This document shows positions 10,521 to 23,300 of a stretch of DNA of 64,000 bases, one piece after another. Location of the stretch: contig NMRA01000002.1 of the NCBI GenBank assembly GCA_002633005.1, positions 2,202,655 through 2,266,654 on the forward strand, read 5' to 3'. Made by a program: the position numbers and the translations under genes. The first letter of the stretch is position 1. The number at the start of each line of letters is the position of its first letter. The notes beneath the pieces are model-generated. The model was not told the DNA's origin. It searched no databases and saw only the letters and a program-made list of their open reading frames with translations. This stretch comes from Phoronis australis. Lineage: Eukaryota; Animalia; Phoronida.

Positions 10521-13485
10521 TACAGTGACTGGAGGCACACATTACACTATCTAGTGAGGTCCTACAAAAACACATACCACCGATCTAATAAGACCACGCC
10601 CTCGTCTGTCACACGAGCTAATCAAGAGACAGTATGGCAGACACTTTACGGATCGTATACGAAACAGACCAAACCGAAATTTAAAGTAGAATACCACCCG
10701 ATATAATTAGTGTCTTTTACCGTCTTAATCGCTCTATATTCACATCGCCTCTTATACAGTCTACCTCACCTTGCCGAGAGGTGTCGCGGTAACCTGTGAG
10801 GAAGGTGAGAAACGACGCAGCGACGTCTGCAGAGTGAATTCCGCTATATTGCGGTGCATCGTTCCGGCTTGTCCGAACTATGAAGCTGCGAAGAAAGCGG
10901 ATATATCGTTTTTTTGACTACCTCGAGAGACCGAAATGCTTAAGAAGTGGCTCGCGATAGTGAAGAATGAGAGGTTAATAGCAAGTATGAGGCCGTGAAA
11001 CATCTGCGTGTCTTTGGCCGGCATTTAATCGACAGTGATTTCTCTGACGAATTCCGGCGTACCAAAGAACTATTCATATGTTCCGTTGCCTGTGCATGTT
11101 CACGGCGCCTGTCTAGTATTGCTTGATTAGTGTATTCCGGCTTGAACTGATAGCCTGTGAAACCTACCGATCCGACCCGTGAAGTCTTCGTCGGATGAGC
11201 TCTTAACTAAGACGGGATTGGCGCCGGGCGAGTTGCCATTTAGACGTTTATTATTGTGCGTTCTGTTTAAAAATGAATTATTCTCATCCTAACCAATGTT
11301 TTTATGAAACTGAAACAAAGTCTGTCTCATTAGATACAATTTATAATGCCTTTGCAGTATTCGTGAGTGCAAATGTTGAGAAGCCAGCAATGAATAAACC
11401 ACTGCGTTACCGGCTTTTGATGCCGGCAACAAGGGTAATATTGATCGGGCACCGAGGCTGTGTGAGTGCATGCTAATTCAGTGTTTGCCGACAGAAATCT
11501 ATTGTGAAACAATTACTCGATTTTATACGCTATGGTCACATGTTAAGGGAATCTTTATTTACTGAGAAATACAACTAATGTACATTATTCAAATCATTGT
11601 TACTGTAAAACCTTTGCTTTGATGGTCTGTGGAAGGGGAACCCGATTCGCGGCCCCCGACAAGAAAGAAGATTTTCAGTTTCGTGGCTAATTCACATAAG
11701 TAATTACGTGCACATTACTTTTTGGGCTCACTATTCTTGTAGTCTTTTCGTGACTGGAGGTTTAGTTTCCAACTGAAGCTGGTTTATGTTCGTACCAGTC
11801 TCGGCGGCCGCGACGGGCCTGATCGGGTTCCGAGCCACTGGCCGGGATATCGAGTCAGTCCGGCCGCGACGGGCCTGATCGGGTTCCGAGACACTGGCCG
11901 GGATAAGCGTTTTGTGTCTTTAGAACTAAAAAAAATCACAAGTATAAACAAAATATATTTAGGTTCTTCTGTCTGTATTTCACCGAGGAATATATTTCGA
12001 AGTTACCTCCGAGCAGACCCCAATTTCCTGTTACGGACCGTGGTAAATTAGCCTGCCGAACTTTGTAGGCTACGGTGTGTCCAAATACCAATATATCCGC
12101 AACAGCGAAATAAAACAACTCGCTTTTATAAGAACTCGGTGTATTTTCAAGGGTTTTACATCGAAGTTTGATGATTTATTGGTGTTAAACGATGAATTCA
12201 AGCGATAAGCTGACACCAGTAACCAGTGTTGTGAACTGCTGAACAGACTGCGTGTGAAACCAATGACGTCATTGGATAATTTCAACACCTCCGTCTACCG
12301 TGAGGTGTCAGGTAACGCAACCGAACGTGTCGTTATCGATTAGAACTACTCGATATAAATTGATACAAAATAGGTTGTTTTTGGGTGGCATTCTCCTTTA
12401 AGACCGGTGACCGAGTTGTTATAAGCATGGCAAAACGTCCTTTCAAGAAGGGATATTTACCCAATTGGACTGAAGAATTCTTCACTATTGATAAAGTGGT
12501 CTCAAGCACACCGACAACATACAAAGTGATGGATGATCACGGAGAAATACTCGAAGGAACGTTTTACCAACTGGAGCTTCAAAAAGTATCCAATAGAAAC
12601 GTATACAAATTGGAGAGCGTTCTCAAAGCGCGTCAAAGAAAAAAAGCAGACACGAATATCTCGTGAAGTGGGCGGGATATCCCGATTCCTTCAATGCGTG
12701 GGTTAACAATTTGTCACCCATAACAATGGATACTCACACCATTACTCTCATTCAAATTTCAAACTCATGTATTTCAACATTTAAGGCCTTGGCCCACATG
12801 TTACGTAAAATTTACAGAATAACGCTGAGCAGCTTTTCCCTGAGAGCAGTGGCGTGAAATACAAATTTCGTTAGATTAATCTGGGCAATGGGCTCCGACA
12901 TTTACTCTCATTCACTAGAATGAGTTCCAACGAAACGGACACAACCGAGGAGAATTTTGAACTTGGTAATATTACAGAGAGACGCTGGCCGTTATTCGGA
13001 CGAAAAGTACCGAAAAAGGAAATTGTCTATTTTAGTCAAATGATCATCCTTTTCACCGTCATAGTGTAGAGTTTGTAGAATTTGACAACAGGGAACGACA
13101 AGCAGACTCTTTGCGAGACGCTGATTAGTGCTTCACTCTGGGTTGTCTTACCTAATCCGTCTTTAGCCAAGAATGGCACCTGAATCGATGTTCTATCTCA
13201 CACTTCCGAGCAACAGCTCCATGGACTATTTCCCCGACAACACACTCGCGCAGTTTAAGACTACGGTAAATTTCCCAGATACATAGACCTGGACGGATTT
13301 TGGGAGGTAGGGCTTGCTTAAATTCAATGTCCTAACATGTATTGCAACATAACACACAGCGAAGCTTGGATGAGAACGATGCTAGGAAGGAACGACGGAT
13401 ATGCGCTCAAGACTCTCGCTCCGGGATTTTACTACAGCCCAAAAGAACTCGTCAAGAGTGTCCAAACCATGCTTAGAGAAACTTG
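10520..13485 (+). mobile_element. Maverick/Polinton remnant: integrase C-terminus with chromodomain-like end, small 2-TM ORF, minor capsid (penton) N-terminus
   Basis: 10520-10684 LVRSYKNTYHRSNKTTPSSVTRANQETVWQTLYG..KPKFK continues at 12402 as TGDRVVISMAKRPFKKGYLPNWTEEFF...GTFYQLELQKV...VKWAGYPDSFNAWV. 12920-13183 WPLFGRKVPKKEIVYFSQMIILF..LPNPSL (two stops). From 13173 MAPESMFYLTLPSNSSMDYFPDNTLAQF..DLDGFWEVGL, the typical Polinton penton N-terminus. Confidence 0.85.
10685..12397 (+). mobile_element. Non-autonomous Kolobok-type DNA transposon (full length) with decayed THAP domain
   Basis: TTAA at 10681-10684 and 12398-12401; TIRs AGtAGAATaCCACCC ... GGGTGGCATTCTCCT. A THAP remnant (CIVPAC...KKWL...GRHL) lies at about 10850-11060. 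TTAA TSD, RR termini and THAP together are Kolobok hallmarks. Confidence 0.8.
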
Positions 13486-14029
13486 GGGTTCAGGCAGAGA
13501 TAAAAAAATTAAACAATGAGACTAGCAAGATTCTGGTCGCGAAAATCGTTAGAGCCACATGGATGAACGCGAGCATGAATTGCGTTGAAAAACTTTATTC
13601 GCTTCTTACTTGTAGCTGCTCGGGTCAACTGTGACATACAAAAAACTTTCTATAAGACAATTGAACAATACGTTGGTCGTTTACAAAATTACAATACTAA
13701 TATTTAACATTGCATACATACTTATTCAAACAGACGTCAAACTACTTGAGGCAATGGAAATTAAAAATACAGAATGCGCGTTACAATTACTTTGAAGTTC
13801 TGACTATGTAACAAAACTAGGTACAATATACTTACACCAATTGGCAGCATAAATCACGACGATACTGGAATATACTCAACTCATCGGTAAGGACGTTGAA
13901 ATACGAATGAGCCAAATTGGCGCGTTACAGCTATAAACCATGGTCTGGTAAACAGTCTTAAGTATGCAAAATTCTATTGAAGAATTAGTCACGTGGGGGA
14001 AATAGACGCGGTAGAAGCTGCACAGCAAA

Positions 14030-15035
14030 CACATAAGCCACGAAACCGAAAATCTACTTACTTGTCGACGGGGGCCGCGAAGTTGGGTCCCCTTCCACAG
14101 ACCGTCAGGGCAAAGGTTGTACAGTAACAATGATTTGAATAATGTAGTTGTATTGATAAATAAAGATTCCCCTAACATGTCACCATAGCATATAAAATTG
14201 AGTACTTGATTCACAACAGCTTTCTGTCAGCAAACACTGAATTAGCAGGCGCTCACACGGCCTCGGTGCCCGTTCATTACCTTTATTGCCGGCACCAAAA
14301 AAGCCGGTGACACAATAGTTTATTCATTGCTGGCTTCTCAACATTTGCACTCACGATTACTGCAAAGGCATTACAAATTGTATCTAATGAGACATACTTT
14401 GTTTCAGTTTTATAGAAGCGTTGGTTAGGATGAGAATAATTCATTTTGATACAGAACGCATGGCAATTCACCCGGCGCCAATCCCGACTCAGTCAAGAGC
14501 TCATCCCACGAAGACTGACTTCACGGGTCGGGTCGTTAGGTTTCACAGGCTATCAGTTCGAACCAGAATACACTGATCACGAAATACTAGAGAGGTGCCG
14601 TGAACATGCATAGGCAACGGAACGTATGGATAGTTCTTTGGTAAGCCGAAATTCGGCAGAGAAATCACTGTCGAGGAATTGCCAGCCACGGACATGGACA
14701 TGTTTCATAGCCTCATACTTGCTATTAACAGCGTACCTTTCATTCTTCACTACCTCTAGCCACTTCCTAAGCATTTCGGGCTCTCGAGAAAGTCGAAAAA
14801 ACGATTACTCACTTTCTTTGCAGCTTCATAGTTCGGACAAGCGGGAACGATGCACCGCGATATAGTGGCATTCACTCTGCAGACGACCTATTGACGTCAA
14901 TGCGTCGTTTCTCACCTTCCTCACAGGTTAACGCGACTCCTCTTGGCAAGGTGAGGTCAACCATGTATGAGGCGATGTGGATATAGACCTATTAAGACGG
15001 TGAAAAAGGCTAATTAAATCGAGTGGCATTCTCCT
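14030..15035 (-). mobile_element. Truncated Kolobok-type copy (THAP end)
   Basis: Reverse-complement match to about 10685-11700; ends GTGGCATTCTCCT|TTAA at 15035-15039. Confidence 0.75.
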
Positions 15036-16030
15036 TTAACCCCCATAGAGACAATTTCAAGGCAGATATGAATGATTCGTGTGATTTTTAGTAATATTTT
15101 CTAATTTTAGCATTTTTAAGGGCGATTTAGCTCTTATTTATAAGCGATTCTTAAGAACTAAGCATTCGAGAGTATATGAAGATGGCAAACCGAAAATTAT
15201 TGTTTTGTTTAGTTAAAGCCTGCATCAAAGGAAATGCATCGTTGTCTGCAATACAAAAACGGAAAAAATAACGAATTATAAATTCTTATTATTTCAAAAT
15301 AGTTCTTATGCGAAGTTTTTTCACACCTACTAGTATCTGTGCATACCAGTTTTCTATTCGGAATTACGCATGGTACTCGGCATTGAATGTTTGATTGGTC
15401 ACAATTCGCATTGGTTGCTTTTCCGGCGCCATTAACAACATGCCTGAACTGAAATGCATGCTTTACCGATTAATTTTTGTAGCTGGTGAAGATTTAATTA
15501 GGATACAATCGTAGACTTGCTGTTATAAGAAAAGCAGTTTTGTATAATTTCCTTGTTTGTTCTAAAACTTTTAGAAATATTCTACATACACCAAAGTGAA
15601 GTGTCCAATCAATTGACATCGCACTGCGCTAAAATTAGTTGAAATTGTTTTGAAATCGTTTGTGTTTGATAGTCGATTTTTTCAAGGTATCGTTATGTGT
15701 CATTATAAGACACATATATTTTTTAAATTCTGTTTAAATTGCGCTTTTGATTCATGTTTTATAACTTTTTACTTTCTAGTTCAAGTTACATCAAAGCAAA
15801 AATGTGAAGAATCTTAATTGATTTACAGTAGCAGGCTACATTTGGCTCATGAAGTGTGAAGCTTACTCAAATACTTGATACTTGCAGCCTCACATTAGGT
15901 GACGGGATGTGGTGTGCAAACCATACTTAAACATGTTTGTGATAAACATGAAGATTTTTACCGTTCTTCAAACCGTTCTAAATCAAAATCACCAAAACTG
16001 AATGCCTAACAAAAAAAAAAAAAAAAAAAN

Positions 16031-19000
16031 GTCAGCACTTCAGCTACTAAACCCGATTTCTCAGCGGGAGACAGTTAACATGTGTCTCAGATGTTAAATT
16101 CGGTTGTGGCCGTCCACTATTAAATTTTGACATTTGCGCTTTCACAGACGCGACTAATTTGTTGCGTGTGTTCGTCTAAAGCAAATACGTTTCAGCGACT
16201 TCGAATGAAAAAATGTAAAACTAGGTAAAGAAGTATACTAATTTGACGACCGAATGCCACGAAATTAGCGGACGGTGTTCTAGTAGTAAACTGCTTTGAT
16301 AACCTGGCAGAAATTGCGTATCTCAAAGCAGCTCTTCCGGCTTCAGGAGGAAACTCGGCTATGGCAATGAGTAGCTGCAACAGCAGTAGCGTGGTAGCAA
16401 GCACTAACAGTAATAATAACAGAAATAGTCGTACGATTAGTGCTAGTACTGGCAGTAAGTAGTACACGTAGTAGTAATAAGAGTAGTATCAGTTGTAGTA
16501 ATAGCACTAGCCCTAGAATTAGCATTGAATTAATAGCAGTAGTAGTAATAGAAGAAGTATTGCCACTGCTAGTAGAAGTAGTAGTAGTGGTGGTTGTGAG
16601 TAGTAAAAATAGCACTAATAGCTACATATTATAGCGTTAAGTAGTACTCCACTGGACATTGACGATGTCTTGATTTCAGGATGTTTTAAGCATACATGTA
16701 GCTTGAACTGAACAATGACACAGCACTTTTAAACGAGGTGCAAAAGCAGTGACGAACTTTTATAATGCAAATAATTGAAAACACGATAATACTGTTTGCG
16801 CGGTGTCAGTTAAGCTATTAACTTCAACAAAACAGGGTAAACATAATGGACGCCCTCTCCATCAAAGGAGATAGTATATTCGATGACCCTAAACTCATGC
16901 TACGGACCTTGCTAAATTGGCCTGCCGAACTCTGTAGGCTACGGTGTGTCCAAATACCAGTAAATCCGTAACAGCGAAATAAAACAACACGTTTTTATAA
17001 GAATTCGGTGTATTTTTAAGGATTTTACATCGAAGTTTGGTGATTCATTGGTGTTAAACGTTGAATTCAAGCGATACGCTAACACCACTAACCCGTGTTG
17101 TGAACTGCTGAACAGAACAATTACGTCATTGGATAATTTCAACACCTGCTCCGTCTGCCGTCTGGTGTCAGGTAACGCAACCGAACCTGCCGTTATCGAG
17201 TAGAACTACTCGATCTAAATTGATACAAAATAGGTTGTTTTTGGGTGGAATTTTCTATTAAGTGACGACCAAGAATATTCAGATATCGTTGATCTCTATA
17301 TCATGTGATTTTTCGGAAAATCTTCCACGTTCGATGCCTTAGGAAGATGGATCGGCGTTTAGTGCTATACGAAGATTTGCTACCGTCAGTTTCTTGTCTT
17401 TCCATGGAACCTGCATTCTGTTGAGGATACCTTAGGTCGCAATCGACAAGAAACATTGTTGTGTCCATTTTCATACTCGGACGATATTGGAAATACTTTC
17501 GAAGTCAGAATTTTAGAATTATCGTCTGTAATTATGCGGTTTTTAAGGCTACTGTCCTAACAAATTGCTTCGTTTTCAACCCGCAAAGTAGGCCTATACC
17601 TGTAAATACAGCACTCACGATTACTAAAACGGCATTACAAATTGTATCTAATGATGCATACTTTGTTTCAGTTTTATATAAGCGTTGGTTACGATGAGAA
17701 TAATCCATTTTGAAACAGAACGCATGATAATAATCGTATACATGGCAATTCACCCGGCGCCAATCCCGACTCAGTCAAGAGCTCATCCGACGAAGACTTC
17801 ACGGGTCGGGTCGTTAGGTTTCACAGGCTATCAGTTCGAACCAGAATACATTGATCACGAAATACTAGAGAGGTGCCTTGAACATGCATAGGCAACGGAA
17901 CGTATGGATAGTTCTTTGGTAAGCCGAAATTCGGCAGAGAAATCACTGTCGACGAAATGCCGGCCACAGACACGGAGATGTTTCACAGACTCACACTTGC
18001 TATTAACAGCTCACCTTTCATTCTTCACTACCGCCAGCCACTCCCTAAGCATTTCGGGCTCTCGAGGAAGTCGAACAAACGATATACTCACTTTCTTCGC
18101 AGCTTCATAGTTCGGACAAGCGAGAACAATGCACCGCCATATAGCTGCATTCACTCTGCAGACGAACCATTGACGTCAATGCGTTGTTTCTCACCTTTCT
18201 CACAGGTTAACGCGACACCTCTCGGCAAGGAGAGGTCGACCGTATATGAGGCGATGTGGATATAGACCTATTAAGACGGTGAAAATGGCTAATTAAATCG
18301 AGTGGCATTCTCCTTTAACCCCCATAGAGATAATTTCAAGGCATATACGAATGATTCATGTGATTTTTAGTAATATTTTCTAATTTTTACATTTTTAAGG
18401 GCGATTTAGCTCTTATTTATAAGCGATTCTTCAGAACTAAGCATTCGAGAGTATATGAAGCTGGCAAACCGAAAATTATTGTTTTGTTTAGTTAAACCCT
18501 GCATCAAAGAAAATGCATCTTTGTCTGCAATACAAAAACGGAAAAAAACGAAATCACTCGGTGCATTAAAAAAATTATAAATTCTAATTATTCCAAAATA
18601 GTTCTTGTGCGAAATTTTTTCACACCTACTAATATCTGTGCATACCAGTTTTCTATTCGGAATTACGTATGGTACTTGGCATTGAGTGTTTGATTGGTCA
18701 CAATTCGCATTGGTTGCTTTTCCGGCGCCATTGACAACATGCCTGAACTGAAACGCATGCTTTACCGATTACTTTTTGTGGCTGGCGAAGATTTAATTAG
18801 GATACAATCGTAGACTTGCTGTTATAAGAAAAGCAGTTTTGTATAATTTTCTTGTTTGTTCTAAAACTTTTAGAAATATTCTACATACACCAAAGTGAAG
18901 TGTCCAATCAATTGACATCGCACTGCGCTAAAATTAGTTAAAATTGTTTTGAAATCGTTTTTGTTTGATAGTCGATAGTTTCAAGGTATCGTTATGTGTC

Positions 19001-19323
19001 ATTTTAGGACACATATATTTTCCGAATTCTGTTTAAATTGTGCTTTTGATTTATGTTTTATAACTTTTTACTTTCTAGTTCAAGTTACATCAAATCAAAA
19101 AGTGAATAATCTTAATTGATTTACATTAGCAGGCTACATTTGGGTCATGAAGTGTGAAGCTTACTCAAATTCTTGATCCGTGCAGCTTCACATTAGGTGA
19201 CGGGATGTGGCGTGCAAACCATACTTAAACATGTTTGTAATCAACATGAAGATTTTTACCGTTCTTTAAACCGTTCTAAATCAAAATCACCAAAACTGAA
19301 TGCATAACAAAAAAAAAAAAAAA
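16031..19323 (+). repeat. Tandem near-copy of 6915-16029 lacking about 8505-14346 (probably an uncollapsed haplotype)
   Basis: 16031-17613 matches 6915-8504 and 17611-19323 matches 14347-16029. The junction follows a poly(A) and a single N at 16030. Confidence 0.8.
17611..18314 (-). mobile_element. Truncated Kolobok-type copy (allelic/duplicate of 14347-15035)
   Basis: Same sequence, same TIR and TTAA, and the same right flank as 15036 onward. Confidence 0.7.
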
Positions 19324-20318
19324 CACTTTCACACATGTGCATTTGTAAGCAATAATCGTCTGCTCCTATACGAGAATTTTATGCGCGTGCATCTATATGC
19401 AAAACATTTGAGAAGTTTTTCCTTGAAAAAATTATTAATTCGGATATGCATATGCATAATTATACTGAAACGAGGAAGAATCATTCAATCTACCTCGTCG
19501 TTGACGCTCTCAAAGGACGTTGTCACCGTCGATTGTGAATAGCTTGAGATATGCTGTAAAAATTATTTTGATATATAGAACATGTACATACCATTGATAT
19601 TTGGAAGCCTTTTCTGAATAAAATCGTTCTGACATTTCCTGTTAATTACCAATTCATTTTATGAGACTCATTTGTAAATTAAAGATACCGTTTCCCTGTT
19701 TCTGCCAGTTTACTGTTAGGAGTGAAATCCAAAAGACAAGTATCACTAGGGAACATTTCATGCACAACAGACAATGTGTATATTTACAGTTTACCACGAC
19801 TTTTTTAAGTAAAAAGTGAATCTCGGTGTCAGGCATTCAAGATTGAGTTAGAAATTAAAACATGTATCCAAACATGGTATACTAAATTGATATGCATCAA
19901 AATGAATATTCCCAATAAAGATGAGGTGGAGCGTCAGTCTTTAGGAACTGCCTATGAACGTCGTCACCAACTGATCACGTGTCAGACACTTGTAAGAATT
20001 GTAAATGGACTGCCACACTACGAGTAACGAGTAATCAATCACAATATACATGTATGTGCAGAAAACGACTCAGCGTCAACAGGGTCGTCCCAACGAGCCT
20101 GTTTGCGGATTTTTCCCAAAATGTCGAACAGGTAAATAGAGGTAAACATTTTGTTTTATTCGATCACTCATCAACTTTACAAGGTGCAGAAAAATCTACA
20201 AAATTCCGCAAAGTTAGGACCCCGATGAACGGGGTTAACAACGCAATGGAATCGGGCAATCAATTTTGAAATTTATTCTAATTTTGCCATGCCCTATATT
20301 GAAATAAATAATCTCAAT

Positions 20319-23300
20319 CTACAGCCTGTCTTCGGCTTCAATTGCTTTGTCCAAAGCAGGATTACTGTACGCCATTTCTTCTGCATCACGTTTCTTGTAA
20401 CTCGGCACCACGTACAAGTTAGTGGTTTCATTATCTGGTCGTTTTTCATTCTTCTTGTCAGACCTACAAAAAAAAAACAGTGCAAATAAAATGGAAACTA
20501 AAAAGAGACAGCCGGATTATCCATTGCCTCTTTTGCAAACCATGGTTATAGAGAGCTTATACGCTGTCTGATGAGAAGACATCGGGCGTCTGATCCACCG
20601 GTTGTAAACTGCTTCACACGTGAACCGTCAAACGTCTAATCTGGTTACTTATTGTTTTTCCAAATCAGACGGCAAGTCAGTCTTCTTAAAATAAGGCTCC
20701 ACAAATTAATGACCTCATTGTTAGAGTCTGCCTGGCCGTGACTGTTGTACCAGATTGTCCTGAATACCAACATTTCTGCATGTTAGTGTTATGCTAACTG
20801 CTCGGTCGATGTGAGATGAGATGCAGTTCGAGCATCCACTTCAAAAGGATTCTAAGCCTTTTTTGATGATTTCAGCTGATCCTCACTCTGTCACCTGTTC
20901 ATGCATTATAGGCGTCAATGGTGACAAAAAAGGCGGAATCGTCTAAAAATTTATACTCCCTATCTTACAAATTGGACGTCATGGTCCTCGGTGGTAGTCT
21001 TTTCCACAATTGCCGTGTAATTTGATAAAAGCGTAGGCCACGCTTGCGCGTGTAACAGACTTTGAAAGGAGTTTTCAAACTTTCTTCCAAACATTTGAGG
21101 ATTGTCGTTGTTACAGAGATTTATTTTTTCAGAGAACTGGATGGGAAAGTGGTTTTAGTATCTGTTTTAATAAATGTGGAATGATTACAAAAAGGCAAAT
21201 AGAATGCATGATGAAAAGGTTGGCTAGCCGCTTTGAATAAGTGGCCTCAAAGGCGTCCAAATCAATCGCCGTAGCAGTGTCATTAATGTGCAAAATGCTA
21301 ATGTGTTGATCTGACCAGCACGGATAAACAGAACCAAAGCTCAAGTTACGACATTGAATGCAGCCTTCTCACGGAAAACAGATCTGACGCAAGACGTGCT
21401 TTCAGATGGGAAGTTTCCCAAATCAAATGTCCGATTAGTCTCCAGATGGAAAACTTTTTACTTTTGTCGAGATCGTAGGCGGCTCGATTGTTGCTGCCAT
21501 CAACAGTGAAATATTTCATGTGCACCCCCATGGCCGGTTGCGCCTCATAGAGACATTAGCACGCACAAATCCATCATCATTAAGTGAGAATCAGGGTGGT
21601 ACGATGTGGGTAAACAATGCGCAAATGGTAACTCTCACCCAATGAACATCAAGTAAGAACCTAACCTCAAACCTCATTGAATGTAGGTCAGTACTCATGG
21701 TGAGAAGGTTGATGTGTCGTTTGATTTGGGATCGAACGATAAGGAGACTGACCAGACGTCTGGCAACTGCTCAGACAGCGTATCGGATTTTCGACATGCC
21801 CTCTAATCGGGCGACATCTGAATATTTTATAAGACACGTGCATGTGCACCTCTTGGCATAGATTTCCCGATTAACAGATTGGGGCTGACCCCTGTGGAGA
21901 ATGGTTTGTGAACAAACAGGTGAGTCTGGAATTTCCGTCTCCATTCCTGATTACCCGATCAGCAATTTGCATTGCACACCTCTTTGTAACTTGCAACTAA
22001 TGTACATGTTGGCAGCAAAATTTACGGTTCAATTATCTAATGAAGAGCCAAACCTAATAGTTAAAGGCCGACGCTGCCTTGAAAGTGGCACCTCGGCCCC
22101 TTGCGAGAAGTCACATGAAACCCAGTCGCGGATTTAAGGTGGCCCAAGGGGGCGATGACCCCCTAAAATTCTCCTACTAAGATTCCATATGACAATACGG
22201 GGGTGCGAATGTCTGATGGGCAAAATCATGGCCACCTAACTCAAAATCCTGGATCCGCCCCTGGCACCCGACAAACAAACAAGATGTCAGAGGCACATAC
22301 ACTGTCGCTATACTACGTTCCTAATGGAATCGATGAATGCTTTCTGCACTTTCTGAAAACGCTTCGACAAAGACAACAGGCGATACTTTTCAGCTGAGAA
22401 TCGTACGTTTATGATTTGGAAATTTGTAAAGGCGACGATGAAAAAATAATTGTTCCAGGAAAAGTATTTTGGAGGTAGCAAAAATCCGAAGAACCCCACG
22501 GGGCTCACCTTCATTTGAAAACTGACAAGACAGCTGATGCGATATGTTCATGTAAGGCTGCATACATGTATGTACGTTAAAGTCGAATTATCTGTACGAT
22601 GCCATGGATTTTAGGATCTTTCAAAAATATCGGTGAAGATTCGCCGATATTTTTATTCTGCCGTCTGCTAAATTCCGCCAAATGAAAAATAGGTCACAAC
22701 TGATGGGATTCTCCAAGTAAAGTAGGTCGAGTCGACAGAACTGTTTATACTTTTCTAATATTCGATCAAAATATTCTGGTTTAAAATCATGTTCATAGCT
22801 CTGGCACATACTCATCTCATCCTAGGCAAGCAGTTAGCTCCGGTAGGTCTAGGTCTGTTAAAGTCAAATTAATGCATGGAACTTGCCGTCATCAAGTGCA
22901 CCATGAAGACATCAAAGTTAGGCCAACCTTCTCACAAACTTCATATTTTTTTAGTTTCATTGCATAAATGTATGTGTCATTTAATTTTAAACGTAGCATG
23001 GGTACTAAGCTTTGGTATGGTAACAAAAGATGACAAGTCTAGTGTAGTGGCAAAAAGTGGCCATTTACAAAAATAACTAAATTGTTTTTCAAAGCTTCAT
23101 AAATCCGAGTATCGTGTTTGAATACCTACAAAATGATCTCTCCTTAACTCTACAGGCGTATTGTATACTAGAGGTTCTCATCAAAAAGTAATTCAACTGT
23201 TTATTTTTATGACAGGAGCTCGAATGAGGCTTTAAGTTTAGTAATCTAGTGCCAGCCCCTCCCTGCAATGCCTATCGAATGTGACAATTTTGGTGAGAAG

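Noticed and set aside
10166-10528. Host THAP-domain gene
   Set aside because: Frameshifted before the AVPT-like motif, intronless, about 270 bp from a TTAA|AGG terminus, and truncated by Maverick DNA; a transposon remnant.
15036-20238. piggyBac element bounded by TTAACCCC (15036, or about 18315) and GGGGTTAA (20231-20238)
   Set aside because: Complementarity does not extend beyond 8 nt and no transposase is visible.
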